Origin: Chrysochromulina tobinii | Lineage: Eukaryota | Length of the DNA: 37,669 bases | Assembly (NCBI GenBank): GCA_001275005.1 | Contig: JWZX01003406.1 | Span: forward strand, 1-37,669 | Direction of reading: 5' to 3' | Part shown: in pieces, positions 1-11,000 of the stretch | How positions within the stretch are numbered: position 1 is the stretch's first letter | Layout of the letters: the number at the start of each line of letters is the position of its first letter | Translations under genes and position numbers: made by a program | The notes under the pieces: model-generated | Told to the model about the DNA's origin: nothing | What the model saw: only the letters and a program-made list of their open reading frames with translations | Database searches by the model: none

Positions 1-884
1 GGGGGGGGACTGGGGAGGGCTGCGCTGGCCCGTGCACGGGCACGCCTACACACGCCACCCGCCGGCGTCGCGGGCGCTAGCGGGCGCCGCACCGCACGCC
101 CGCGGCGGGGGTGCGGGGTTCGCCGGGCCTAGGTGCTGGCGCGAGCTGGCCACGCACGGCGGAACAAGTCGATGGAACAAGGCGGGACCGGGCGCACCGT
201 CCACGAGCAGCACGCGCGAACGACACCGGTGCGTCCGCGAGTGCCCGCTCGTTAACGCGCTCCCGCCGGCCGGTGCCCGTGCCCCGGCTTGCCGGGAAGC
301 GGGTGCTTGCGCGCCGGCCGGATCGACGGCCGGACGGTACCGCCGCGCTCGGGGTCGCTCCTCGGTCGCTCCGCCTGGGGGGCGTTAGCGGGCCGGGGTT
401 TCCGGCTTTTCGGTTCCGGTCGATCGGTTCGGAGCGACTCTTTCCGTCGCGGTAGCTACGGGCAACGGGGGGACCACGGACCACGCGATTTATATTTTTA
501 TCTTATGTATCTGCTCCAGTCTCCCCGACGATCGCGGATTCGTTCGGCTTCGCCTTCGGGTGCAAGCGCGCCCGCCCCCGGCCCGTCGCGCGTCGCCCCG
601 CCCATCTCCCGCCGTGTGGACGGTGGGGCGTCCCCACACCGTTGCCGTTCCCTCATCTGCGATATAATCTTGGCGTGCCTCCGCGACCTCCGCGACTCCA
701 CGAGAGGGTGCACGCGGCGATCGGTATGCTAAGGGTTCCCCCCTCGCCATGTGAGTCGTTGTCCCGCCAGGCGTACGGCTACCCACTAACCGTCCTGCAC
801 GCGGCGGCTCGCGCGGCACACCTAACCGGCAGCGCAGAGGACGCGCGCGCCTCGAGCCTTTCACGCCACATGAGGCCGTGATGT

Positions 885-1889
885 TCATCGTCGCGGAACG
901 CGGCCTCTGCGTGGAGCTTTATCAGACTCGTCGGCAGGCGCGGCAGGCGCGGCAGGCGCTGCAGGCGCGGCTGCAACGCTCGCTCCGCCGCCAGGCGCAC
1001 CGCCCGCACCACCCGCGACGCCCTTGACCTCGATAGAATCGCCTCGCAGCTTGAGGTACTGCGCCTTTTGGTTCGCAACGATCGACCTGAGCGTCGATGC
1101 CATCTTGTAATAATCGGTCCCCTCGCCGTTGTACTTCATCGCGTTCTCAAAGATGAGGTTAAGATCATCACAGAGCGCGTGCAGGTCAGCGACCTGGCCA
1201 GTCTCGACGCGGCGCTTGAGCGTTGCAAAGTCCATCGGGGTTTCAATGATTTCGCGGTAGTCAGGTGCCTCCTTCTCTGTGACTGGTCGCTTGAAGGGGT
1301 ACGCCCACTTGTGCCTCGCGATCGACGAGAGCATTTTGTTCAGTGTACCTGCGACCGTCGAGCGCCTTGCATTGCGCTCCTCGTCCTCGGCAATCGCGAC
1401 CCAATGCTCATCCAGTCCAAGCTCGCTCGACTCGCCCTGTCCGGCCTCGGGCGTGCCCGAAGTGCGCGTGCGGCCACTTCCGCCGTGGCGGCTGTCGCCA
1501 TCGTCGCCGCCATCTTCGCCCACAGCTGCATCGATAGCATCTTTGTCAGCAGCTCCGGCGAGAAACGCCGCGCGGCTCGGGTGGTTCGAGGGCAGCTTGC
1601 TGCATAGCTCCTCAATCCTCCTGCAGAGCGTGCTACGCGCTTCGCCGAGCGTTTGGAGGTGCCGCGCTTGCAGCTTGGCAGCAAGGGTGGGAAGCTCCAC
1701 AGGCATACCCTCAACAAGGGCACGGAAGCGCTCCTCGCATTCGGGCGGCGGCGGCGGCTCAAGCGAATCGAGCGGACCCGCTGCCGCGCGGATCGCCGCG
1801 GCGACATTGGTCCAATCGGTGCCGTAGCGCTGCGTTCCGAGCACCACGAGCAGGTCGGAGAGCGTAGAAGGCGAGGGCCGCTTCGACAT
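885..1889 (-). CDS. SANT/Myb-like + bromodomain protein (BRD8-like chromatin reader)
   Basis: Bromodomain motifs HKWAYPFKRPV, APDYREIIETPMDF, DLNLIFENAMKYN (acetyl-Lys-binding Asn present). The N-terminal YGTDWTNVA...ECEERF resembles a SANT domain. First ATG in the ORF is at 1889; TGA at 885-887. Confidence 0.85.
   Translation of the reverse strand: MSKRPSPSTLSDLLVVLGTQRYGTDWTNVAAAIRAAAGPLDSLEPPPPPECEERFRALVEGMPVELPTLAAKLQARHLQTLGEARSTLCRRIEELCSKLPSNHPSRAAFLAGAADKDAIDAAVGEDGGDDGDSRHGGSGRTRTSGTPEAGQGESSELGLDEHWVAIAEDEERNARRSTVAGTLNKMLSSIARHKWAYPFKRPVTEKEAPDYREIIETPMDFATLKRRVETGQVADLHALCDDLNLIFENAMKYNGEGTDYYKMASTLRSIVANQKAQYLKLRGDSIEVKGVAGGAGGAPGGGASVAAAPAAPAAPAAPADESDKAPRRGRVPRR
932..968. repeat. 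9-bp tandem repeat (CGGCAGGCG, ~4 copies) encoding an Ala-Pro-Ala linker
   Basis: Directly visible; in frame within the bromodomain gene tail (AAPAAPAAPAAPA). Confidence 0.8.
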
Positions 1890-2090
1890 CGCGCTTTCGC
1901 AGAGGCTGCCACAACTCGCCTTCACGCGAATCACAAGTGAATCGCGAAAGCGGCAAGTCAAACAGATGTAAAGACGACAAGGCGCGCGCGCGCGCTGCCT
2001 GTGGGGAAAGCTGAGGAGAAAGCAAGTTTAGCACGTCTGGAGAAGCAGTCAGCGTCAACTTCTCGTCCGAGAAGAAGGAGAGGGTACGCG
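1890..2090. promoter_or_regulatory. Probable bidirectional promoter (bromodomain gene / VPS51)
   Basis: Divergent start codons are only ~200 bp apart. Positional inference only. Confidence 0.5.
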
Positions 2091-4652
2091 ATGGCATCAG
2101 GTGGCGGCCGAGTTCGCGCCGCGTCGCTCCTCTCCTCGTACTATGGCTACCAGGAAGAGGCCAAAGAAACGGTACGTTGCACGCGCGCGAGCCGTGGAGG
2201 GAGCATCTCGGGGTAGATCTGCCTACCTTCGACCGAGACCACTGATCTACCATCTTCCGAGACCACGTGATTTCGTTCGCCGAGGGGCCATCTAGGGGCG
2301 TTATATGGTGCCACCATCGGACCTCATTTGCGCACGCGCCTCATTCGGTTCTCGTCCCATGCGCAGACTACCAACGAAGAGGACGACATGAACATCGACT
2401 CGTCAGCCTTCACTGTCGACAAGTATGTGGGCACTATGCTGCAGTACAAGAGCCTCGAGGAGCTGGTGCACCGTGGCAACGCGATGGTCTCGGAAATCAA
2501 GAGCCTGGACAGCGACATGCAGATGCTCGTGTACGAGAACTACAACAAGTTCATCAGCGCGACCGACACGATCCGCAAGATGAAGCACCGTGTGGAGGAC
2601 ATGGAGTCCCAGATGATCGAGCTCGAGAAAAACATGGGCACGATCTCCTCAGCGAGCGAGTCGGTCGACTCGTCGCTCTCGGCGCGGCGCGGCCAGCTGG
2701 AGAAACTCAACGGCGCCAAGAAGAACCTGACGAAGCTGCAGTTCCTCATGGATCTGCCCGCCCGGCTTCAGCGCTGCGTGCGCGACGAGCAGTTCGAGAC
2801 CGCCGTCGACGATTTCCGCAAGGCCCGTCGCATCCTGCGCGCGGTCGGGAACGTGAGCTCCTTCCGAGGCATCGAGGACGAGGCGACCCTCATCATCAAG
2901 CGCCTTGCGCAAGTCCTCAGCGTGCGGATCCAGCAGCCCGCGCTCCAGTTGGCGGAGCTCGGGCTGACGACGCGTCTGCTTCTCCAGCTCGGGGGTAACG
3001 AGGCCGTCCTGCTGCGCGAGTACCTCGGCCGTCGCCGCCGCGCGTTGCACGACGTGCTCACGACATTCCCGCCAGCGGGAGTCGCTGAGACCGGCTCAGG
3101 TGGCGAGGACAATGCTCCTGTGGACAATGCTTCGACAGCCGCCCCCGCCGCTGCCGAAGAGGAGGAGGGCGAGCTGTCGGCCGCAGCAGGAGACGTCGCA
3201 CGTCTCGGCGAGGCCTTCGTGCCACAGCTTCTCGAGCTGCTCGCCGAGTGGCAGGAGCGCTTCGTCGGCGAGACACCCGAACCAGTGCTGCCGGATGCGG
3301 CAGGGGCCGCCGCGCCGTCTCTCACCATCGAAGCCAAGGAGTCGATGATCCTCGACGCGCTGCAGGAGCTTACGGGAAGCTACATCGAGGTGTGCCGCCG
3401 CCGGCTGCAGGAGGATAACGTCGACCCGAGTTCGCTGCTGCAGGGCGTGCGCAAGCTGGTTGGAGCACTCGACGAGGTGCACGCGCTCGTGCCCCAGGCC
3501 AAGATAATGCAGCGAGCAACCCGCGCAGCGGAGACACTCGCCAAGCGTGCCATGGACTCGTTGCTGCAGCAGTTACAGGACAAGCTCTCTGCGCAGGTCA
3601 AGGATATGCAAGGCGCTACGAACAGCGCATCGCTGCAAGAGCAGCTACACGAGGCAGGCAAGGCGATTTCTGCGCACGTCCTCGATGCGCTTACCGCGAC
3701 CGCACCGTTGCTCGTGCCAATGTGCAAGCTGCTCAACCTGCGCGCCGATGGGATGGCAAAACACCTAGTTGGCCGCCTGTACGCGGCGCTTCTCGGCCTC
3801 GCCAAGACTGCACGCGAGTCGCGTGCAACCGCGGACAGCGTCCTCGTGCGCGCTGGACTCTGCCTGCACATGGTTGCGACAGGTGTCGCGCAAGTACCAG
3901 CAATGCTCAAGGCGCAGTTGGCGCCACATGGCCTCGGCGGCGCTGCCCTCGGCTTCGATTCCGCGTCTATGACGCGCGAGATGCAGGCGAGTGCAGACGC
4001 GCTGCTGGAGCGGTTCGTGGAGATGCAGGCTCAAAAGCTCTCGCTCGAAGTCACCCAACGAATGCAGGCACAGAACTGGCTCAAATGTCCGCCACCACGC
4101 GATGTCAACCTGCTCGTCGATCGCATCGTGCGCGAGCTCCGCGGCATGCAAGGTCTCGTTGCTCAAGTCCTGCCTGGCGAACCCATCCGCTCGATGATGA
4201 CGCAGGGGCCGTTTTCCTCGGCACGTTCGTCAGTTCAGCTCAACCTCGTCCAGAGGCGGGAGAGCAGCCAGCAGCCAGCCTCGTCCTCAGCTATCCAAAA
4301 GGACTTGCAGCGCATGTTTGCTCGGAAGATCAGCCTTTCCGCAGCGGCTGGCAAGCCGTCGGTCACAAGCATGCTTACGCACGTTGCCAAGCTGACGCTT
4401 AAGACGCTCGTTGAGGAAGTGCGCCTGGGCACATTCGGTAGAGAGGGATTTCAGCAGATCCAGCTTGACTGCGCATTTCTGCGCTGGGTGCTGCCTTCCA
4501 ATGTCGATGACGAGGGCGCGGTCCTCGCTCTGCTAGATGAGGCCATCATCTCGTGCCAGGAGCGGTGCATTGACCCCGCCGCTTTTGAGCATGCCGACAT
4601 GGAACCGTTTTGCGAGGCCAAGCGAAAGCAGCTCGCTAGCATGTTGGGCTGA
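2091..4652 (+). CDS. VPS51: GARP/EARP complex subunit Vps51; exons 2091-2171 and 2367-4652
   Basis: Signature EIKSLDSDMQMLVYENYNKFISATDTIRKMK, LQFLMDLPARL, and C-terminal KTLVEEVRLGTFGREGFQQIQLD. Exon 1 (MASGGGRVRAASLLSSYYG...) supplies the LLSSxY motif typical of Vps51 N-termini and joins exon 2 in phase 0. Confidence 0.92.
2172..2366 (+). other. Spliceosomal intron (195 bp, GT-AG) in VPS51
   Basis: Donor G|GTACGT, acceptor GCGCAG|, branch-like CCTCAT about 25 nt upstream of the acceptor. Removal fuses two coding segments in frame. Confidence 0.82.
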
Positions 4653-5708
4653 TGCATGTGTCGAAGATCCCAGTCTTCTGGCCCGTCAATTCCTCAATTC
4701 GCGCACGTTCACGATCGACGCGGCGACGCGGTAACGGTTCACAGCAGAGCCTTCTTCGCACGTTTCGTGCCGCTCATGTGCGTCGACGAGACTCTTGTTC
4801 TATTGGCCCTGGCGACTGGGCGGTTCCGTGGGTCTGCCGGTTCCAAATCCCGTGTATCGGCGCGTGCGCGAAGTCCAAAGATTTCCCTCCTGCCGATCGC
4901 GGGGGGGGGGATATGCGGCCCGAACAAGGCGAGGAGGCGGCCGCGACGCAAAGTCCAAAGAATAAACGTCAGTACTCGGCCTGTGCGGAACGCGGAAACC
5001 ATCGGCATATGGTTACTATCTCAATCACCGTGTGGACACTTCGCGCGCGTGGTGCGGCGCGCGACCGGCGACCCGGAAGCGGAACCGCAACCGGGCGGGG
5101 AAAAGCCGCTCACTACGCTATTATACTTCTGAGTTCTGTCTGGGTGTCGAATACGCGTTTACGCGGACGGCCTAGCTCGTTCGACGTCGTATCTAAGCGC
5201 TTAAAGCGCTTCACCGCCCGCGGCGGGCCCGGCCGTGCCGCCGAGAGCGAGCCCCGCGTATCGGTCTATTGCGCGTATACGTTCCGTTTTATTGGTCATT
5301 TTAAGCTTTACGAATTACCCTTACCGGCGATCGCGTTAGTAAACGGAACCGGACGGGGCCGCGGTGCCCCGCCCGCCCCGCGCCGGAGGCCGGACGTGAA
5401 CGCAAGCACCCGATGTCGCCGCACGCGCCTCCGGAAGCGGCGGAGACGGAACGAAGCACCGCCGCTAACGGCTAAGCAAAACCAAAAGGCAAGGTAAACG
5501 GTACGCTCAGTCAAGCGCAGTCAGAAAATCGAGGCGCCGCCGCCGGTCGCGGCCGCCTCGGGTGGAGCACGGGCGGAGCACAACTCGCCTCTCCGCGGCG
5601 GTTGTGACGACGAACCTCAACCTGCCAGGAACCTCGTGACTATTGACTATGTGCAAGTTGAGCAACGTCCCGGTGCACATGACCCCGATCGCACCGGTTT
5701 CAACCAGT

Positions 5709-7851
5709 TCAGTCGTCCTCCGCGTCGTCGTCGAGAATGGAAATGTCCTCGAGCGCTGCCTCTGTCTCTGCATGCATTTGCGTAAGACCCGTGAGGTCCT
5801 CGAGGTATGTGGCCCGATTGAAGGCCTCGTGAAGGAATGAGAAACCACGCTCACGGAAGGCATCGAGGACTGTTGAGGAGCATGCCGTGCACTTATCGAA
5901 AGCATGGCCGATCATCACATCGTTGCGATACATGGGAAGCGACGCACGAATCTGGTGGGGGACGCACCCGAGCGGGCTTGCTGTGACTGCGGAGGTGCTC
6001 CCGGCGCCAATGTCGGCATCAGCGTCGCCAACTTTGGGATGATGGAGCAACGTGACCATGAGCTCGACGGCAAGGGCAGAGGCGATCATCGACAGACCTG
6101 GACGACTGACCGTGCACTGCTGGTCGAGCGTGCGGCGGAGCATCGAGTTCGCCGGTGCGACGACGTCGTTGCAAAAGTAGCAGCCCAGCCGCGAAGTCCC
6201 CGCTCCACCGCTTTGTCCTTGCTTCGGCACGCCGTGGCGCATCACGAGGAGTGAATCGAAGCCAAGGGCCGCATTGATCACGAGCTTGCCATGCACCGCT
6301 GCGAGGAGCGATGGCAGCCAGCGCGACTCTCGTGTGTCCGTCAGAAGGAATACCACATCGTGATCCTCGACCAGCTTCGAAAGCGCCTGGCAGTCGGCTT
6401 TGACGCTCTGGGCGACTTCGGGGCCGACTGAATGGCCGGGCATAGGGATGGCAATGCGGTGAGCCGTCGCCTCCACTGATGGAAAGATGCGCCTCAACGC
6501 ATCAGCGGCAGCTTGTGCTTTCGGCGTGGCACCACTCACGCAGTCGTCAAAAGTGAAGAGTGTCTGGCGCACGGGGTTAGAGTAGGAGACGACGCCTGAA
6601 TCAACGAAAGTTATCGTGCGCACACCCCAGCCGAGAAGGCAACGCGCGACAGCGCAGCCTAGAGTCCCAGCGCCCATGAGCAGGCAGCGTGTCCCTGCCA
6701 CCTTCTCCGTCTGCAAGCTTGGCATCAGCCGCCACCGCATCAGCCGCAGATTGAGATCGACAGAGGCCTCAGCCAGGGTCTCTGGCTTCATCTGCGCAGA
6801 CAGATCCATGAGCCTTGCGCCGAGCTTGCCGACGCTATTGCGCTCCCAGCCAACTGACTTTGGCGGAGGAGGTGCACCGCTTTGCGACGGCGCCTCATGG
6901 CGTGCCGGCAGGGTGACGCGCAGGACGATAGAGCGCGCATTTTGGCTTCCACCCAGTTCCTGTGACAGCTCCAGTGACGCTGCCGCAGATGCGTTCGTGA
7001 GAGACATCGAGGCGCCGGGGGGGCGGCTCGCGAAAGCAGAGAACGCGGACGGACACCGCCTCGTCCGGCAAACCAAACTTTGGCATCATCGCGCCCACAG
7101 ATGCGAGGAGATTGCGCAGTGGCCAACCGGGGTTGGTGAGCAACGGGCACGGGTCGCAGAAAGCGAGAAGCGCCTCTCCGCCCTCGCTCGCCTCGGCCGT
7201 ACGCCACTCCGCAAAGCGCAACAGCGCATCAACCTCGACCACCCCGCCCTGAGTCAGCCGCACGGCGAAGAATGGGGGTGCACGGGGCGAAAGAGCGGCG
7301 AAGCCCTGCCGGAGCGCTGAAAGCTGCGCCCCATCGAGCACGGAGGTGATTGCTATAGGTTCGGACGCTTCAGGCGGAGGCGAGATGGCAAACGCTGGGA
7401 AGGCGAACCAGTAATAATACCGATGCGTCTTGAGGTCCGCGAACGTGAGCACCAGGAACCGAAGGAGACGCTCTGGCTCAGCCAGCGCAGCACCACTCGA
7501 GATGTCATCCCAGATGCGCTGAGCTGCAGTCTCGAGCAGCGCCGTCTTGTCGAATTCCTTAAAGTCCTCGAGCGTGTTCGCGTTATGGAGCGTCCCAGGG
7601 ATCGCACACAGCGAGGGCGGCACGCCGGACGCATCAGAGCCAAAAGCATCCGCGCCCACACAGAGAGGCGATGTGGTCTCTGCCCGCTCCGCACGTGCAA
7701 AGCTTCCGATAATGTCGATGGCTGCGTCAGAAAGGCCGTACGTGTGGAGTTTGCGCCGGCCGAGCTCGGCAAAGAAGGTTGACTCCGGGGCGGACTGAAA
7801 AGGCGAGAATTGAAGAATGGTCTGCGGATGCGCCGCCATTTCCGTTTTCAT
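5709..7851 (-). CDS. ATG7: Autophagy E1-like enzyme Atg7, with an apparent +1 frameshift in a C7 run at 7017-7023
   Basis: N-terminal part: NTLEDFKEFDK, FADLKTHRYYYWFAFPA, NPGWPLRNLL. C-terminal part: VDLNLRLMRWR, GAGTLG, VSYSNPVRQ, LLTDTRESRWLP, LGCYFCNDV, catalytic DQQCTVSRPG, PHQIR, CTACS. Removing one C joins the two ORFs (CFREPPP-GASMSL). Start is ATG 7851 or 7839. Confidence 0.93.
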
Positions 7852-8019
7852 TCACAACACACCAACACGCGCAATATCCGTTTTCAAAGCCAATTTTTTT
7901 CACCTTAAAAGCAAACCGCCTTCATCAGTCCACAGAATCAAGGGCATCACGTCCATGACTATGAGTACGAATACATACGAAACCACCTTCTCAAACGGAA
8001 CGATACCAACACACGCTAC

Positions 8020-11000
8020 TCACAGATGAAGCTCAAACCCAGCTTTTTCTTGCACTGCATCACGAATCGAGGCCTCCCCTTCCCCTCCAATATTGTTGAT
8101 GGACAAATTCAGGGTCATCAGCCCGCCTGTGACGGCCACCATAGCCGCCACAGCGTTTGCTCCAACTGGCCCGATGTCATTGTTCCCGAAGTTGAGCGAC
8201 GCGAGCTTGGTCTCCTTGTTGCTCTGGATGGCCTCGCAGACCGCGCTTACGCCCTCATCCTTGAGGTCGTTGAAGGACAAATCCAGGGCCGTCAGCCCGC
8301 CATTAACGCGCAGGGCGTCAGCGATTGCAGTGATGCCCTCTGCGGTGTAGGTGCCTTGTTGGTTTCCGGAGAGGTCGATCCAGATGCCACACAGCTCGTT
8401 TCCGGAGACGTTGATGCTTGTCAGCTCGCCTTTAACGCACAGGGCGTCAGCGATTGCAGTGATGCCCTCTACGTGTAAGTTCCTCTTCCATAACGATCGA
8501 GGCCGCACAGCTGGTTGTCGCTGAGGTTGAGGCTCGTCAGCCCGCCTGTGACGGCCACCATGGCCGCCACGGACTTTGCTCCCACTGGACCCATACAGAT
8601 CTCGCTCATGTTGAGCGACGCGAGCTTGGTCTCCTTGTTGCTCTGGATGGCCTCACAGACTGCGCTTACGCTCTCATCCTTTAGGTGGTTCCTCGACAAA
8701 TTCAGGGCCGTCAGCCCGCCATTGACGCCAAGCATCTTGGCCACATGCTTGGCACCTGCTGTCCCACCAATGCTGCTCTGTCCGTATCTATCGCCGCTTA
8801 TGTCAAGCTCCTTGAGCGTCGTGTTCTGTTCTAGTGCCTCGCAGATGGCTTTTGTGCCCTCCTCCTTCAAAATGTTTTGGGCGAGCGACAGCTTCGTCAG
8901 CGCGCCTGTGACGGCTACCATAGCCGCCACAGCGTTTGCTCCTACTGGACCGATGCCGTTGTATCTGAAGTTGAGCGACGCGAGCGATGGCCTTGCAGAC
9001 TGCGCTTACGCACGCCCTCATCCTTGAGGCGGTTATCGGACAAATTCAGGGCCGTTAGCCCGCCTGTGACAACGGCCTGTGATAGGTCCGACGCCAGCAG
9101 GATCGCATCGGGCGGCTTGAGGTTCTGGTTAGAGAAGTCAGCGGTGGTCTGGTCTCGTTTTATGCCCGAGACCATGATGCCCTTCTCGGTGCCGATCTTG
9201 GCGAGCATCGTGGCCGACTCAATGTTGAGACCCTTCTTGAGCGCATCGACCTTGGCGCCACGATCCAGGAGCGCACGCGCGATTGCCTCACGCCCATGCT
9301 CGCAAGCCACCAGCAGCGCCGTCGTTCCGCGCGGGCCGACTGCGTTCACTACGTCGTGCCCCGCGCGGTCGAGGATAGCCAAGACCACCTCCAGCCTATC
9401 CTCCCTGATCGCATACTCCAGAGCGCTCACCCCACGATCGTCCCGGCAGGTAACGTCCGCCCCACGCTCGAGGAGCATTGTGACGACTGCAGCGTGACCT
9501 CCGTGCGCCGCGGACATGAGCGCAGTCATATCGCGGTCGTTGACCTGGTCGATTAGCTCCGGCGATTCGTCGAGGAGCGCTCGAAGCTCGTCGACCTGCC
9601 CAAACTGCGCTGCTTGCACGTGCGCCGCGACTCCGATCATGCCTCCCACTGATGGCTCTTTGTTGGGGAAGGGCCACAGCCGAATCTCGCGGTCCGCGAG
9701 GTTCCGCTCACAAAGGCACAAGGCCTCCTTCCGCAAGGCCTCCTTCCTTTCGGGCGGGCAGCCCCCGAACGAGCGTTGCAACAGCCCGTCGACCTGGCGC
9801 CATCTGAGCTTCCGATGCCATTGGTTCAGTTCGGATCTCAACGGAAAGTACCCGCCATGCTCCTCGCGGCAGTGAGGGTGCGCGTTGTGGCCTCAGGGCT
9901 GAAAGCACATCCAGCAGAATGCCACATGGCAGCTGCTGCACGTCATCGCGATGCAACCATCTGGATTCGGGTCGCAGAACACCCCACAATATGGGCAGCT
10001 GAGGTTCAGGGCCTCGTGGAGCTCTGGCTGAAGCGACTCGGGAGTGTTAACCTCTCCCTCGTCCGGCGTCTCCGTCGTCTCAATCGTCTCGAGGTACTGC
10101 CGCAGCCCATCTCCGAAGAGGAGGGGCTCGACCATGCTGCGACAGAAGGCTGCTGGTGGTCGCCCAGGCAGTTGAGAGCCCCATTCGAGCTGCGCAGCTT
10201 TGCCGAGCCAGCGAGGCTGCAAATGTACCCCTGAAGGCATGGCGAGCAGATCAGGTGGCCCTCGGGGCAGGCGAGCCCGCGGCGCGTGCTGACCTCCTCG
10301 AGGCAGATGAGGCACAGCGCTTGCGTGGCGGCCACTCCATCAGAAAAGGCAGAAGCAACAGTGATGAGCACGCGAAGGCGGGACCAGCGCTGCGTCGCAG
10401 GAGGCAGGTGACCTGCAGGCGCCGAGGAGGAGTCCAGCACGCTCATGCGGAGCACGTCTGCGAGCTTGAAGGCCAACTCGTGCATCGTGAGCTCGAGTGC
10501 CTCGCACTTGGGTGCAAGCTCCAGCAGCGCCATGCTCACAGCAGGCGGGGACGATGCTCCGGCGCTGCCCAGCTCGTGGAGGAGTCGGCCAACTGTGCGT
10601 AGGTCGGCATCGCGTGCGAGCGCTTTCTCGCCCAGCGTCGCTGACCCGGATGATGGACGCGCGTGCAGGCTGCCACAAGGTAGCAGCCACGCGCTCCCAT
10701 CATGGCGGACGCCAACAGCTGCGGGGGTCACCGCGCCGTGCGCTTCTCCCGCCCCGTGCAGAGCGCACAGGCCCACCGCGACTCCGTTGAAGACGGTTAG
10801 GAGCGTCTGCCAAGGGTGGCGTGCGAACCATGGTTCGGTAGCGTCTGCGTCCGCAAAGGTGCCAAGCTCAGGCCACCCGAAGAACAATGCGCTCTTGGGC
10901 TCAACCGGATGGCGGGCGACTGCGCAGAGCCGTGCCATGTGCGGAAGCAACCCAAGCGTGTGCAGGCGGTCGATGGAGTCGTCGTCGATGCGCTCGCTCA

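Noticed and set aside
32..888. Several overlapping ORFs of 70-150 aa
   Set aside because: Arg/Gly/Pro-rich translations typical of GC-rich non-coding DNA, with no motifs and non-coding dinucleotide texture.
2223..2271. Intronic snoRNA in the VPS51 intron
   Set aside because: Only an imperfect ~24-bp duplication (CTACC..CCGAGACCAC.TGAT); no correctly ordered C/D or H/ACA boxes with a terminal stem.
4652..5497. 281-aa ORF starting at the VPS51 stop
   Set aside because: No domain and atypical codon usage; it crosses the CA/TG-depleted intergenic patch.
7860..8019. Possible SECIS (minus strand ATGAAGGC...GGCTTTGAA) for the TGA at 9893
   Set aside because: Helix II pairs poorly, the AA is too far from the core, and the gene has other disabling lesions.
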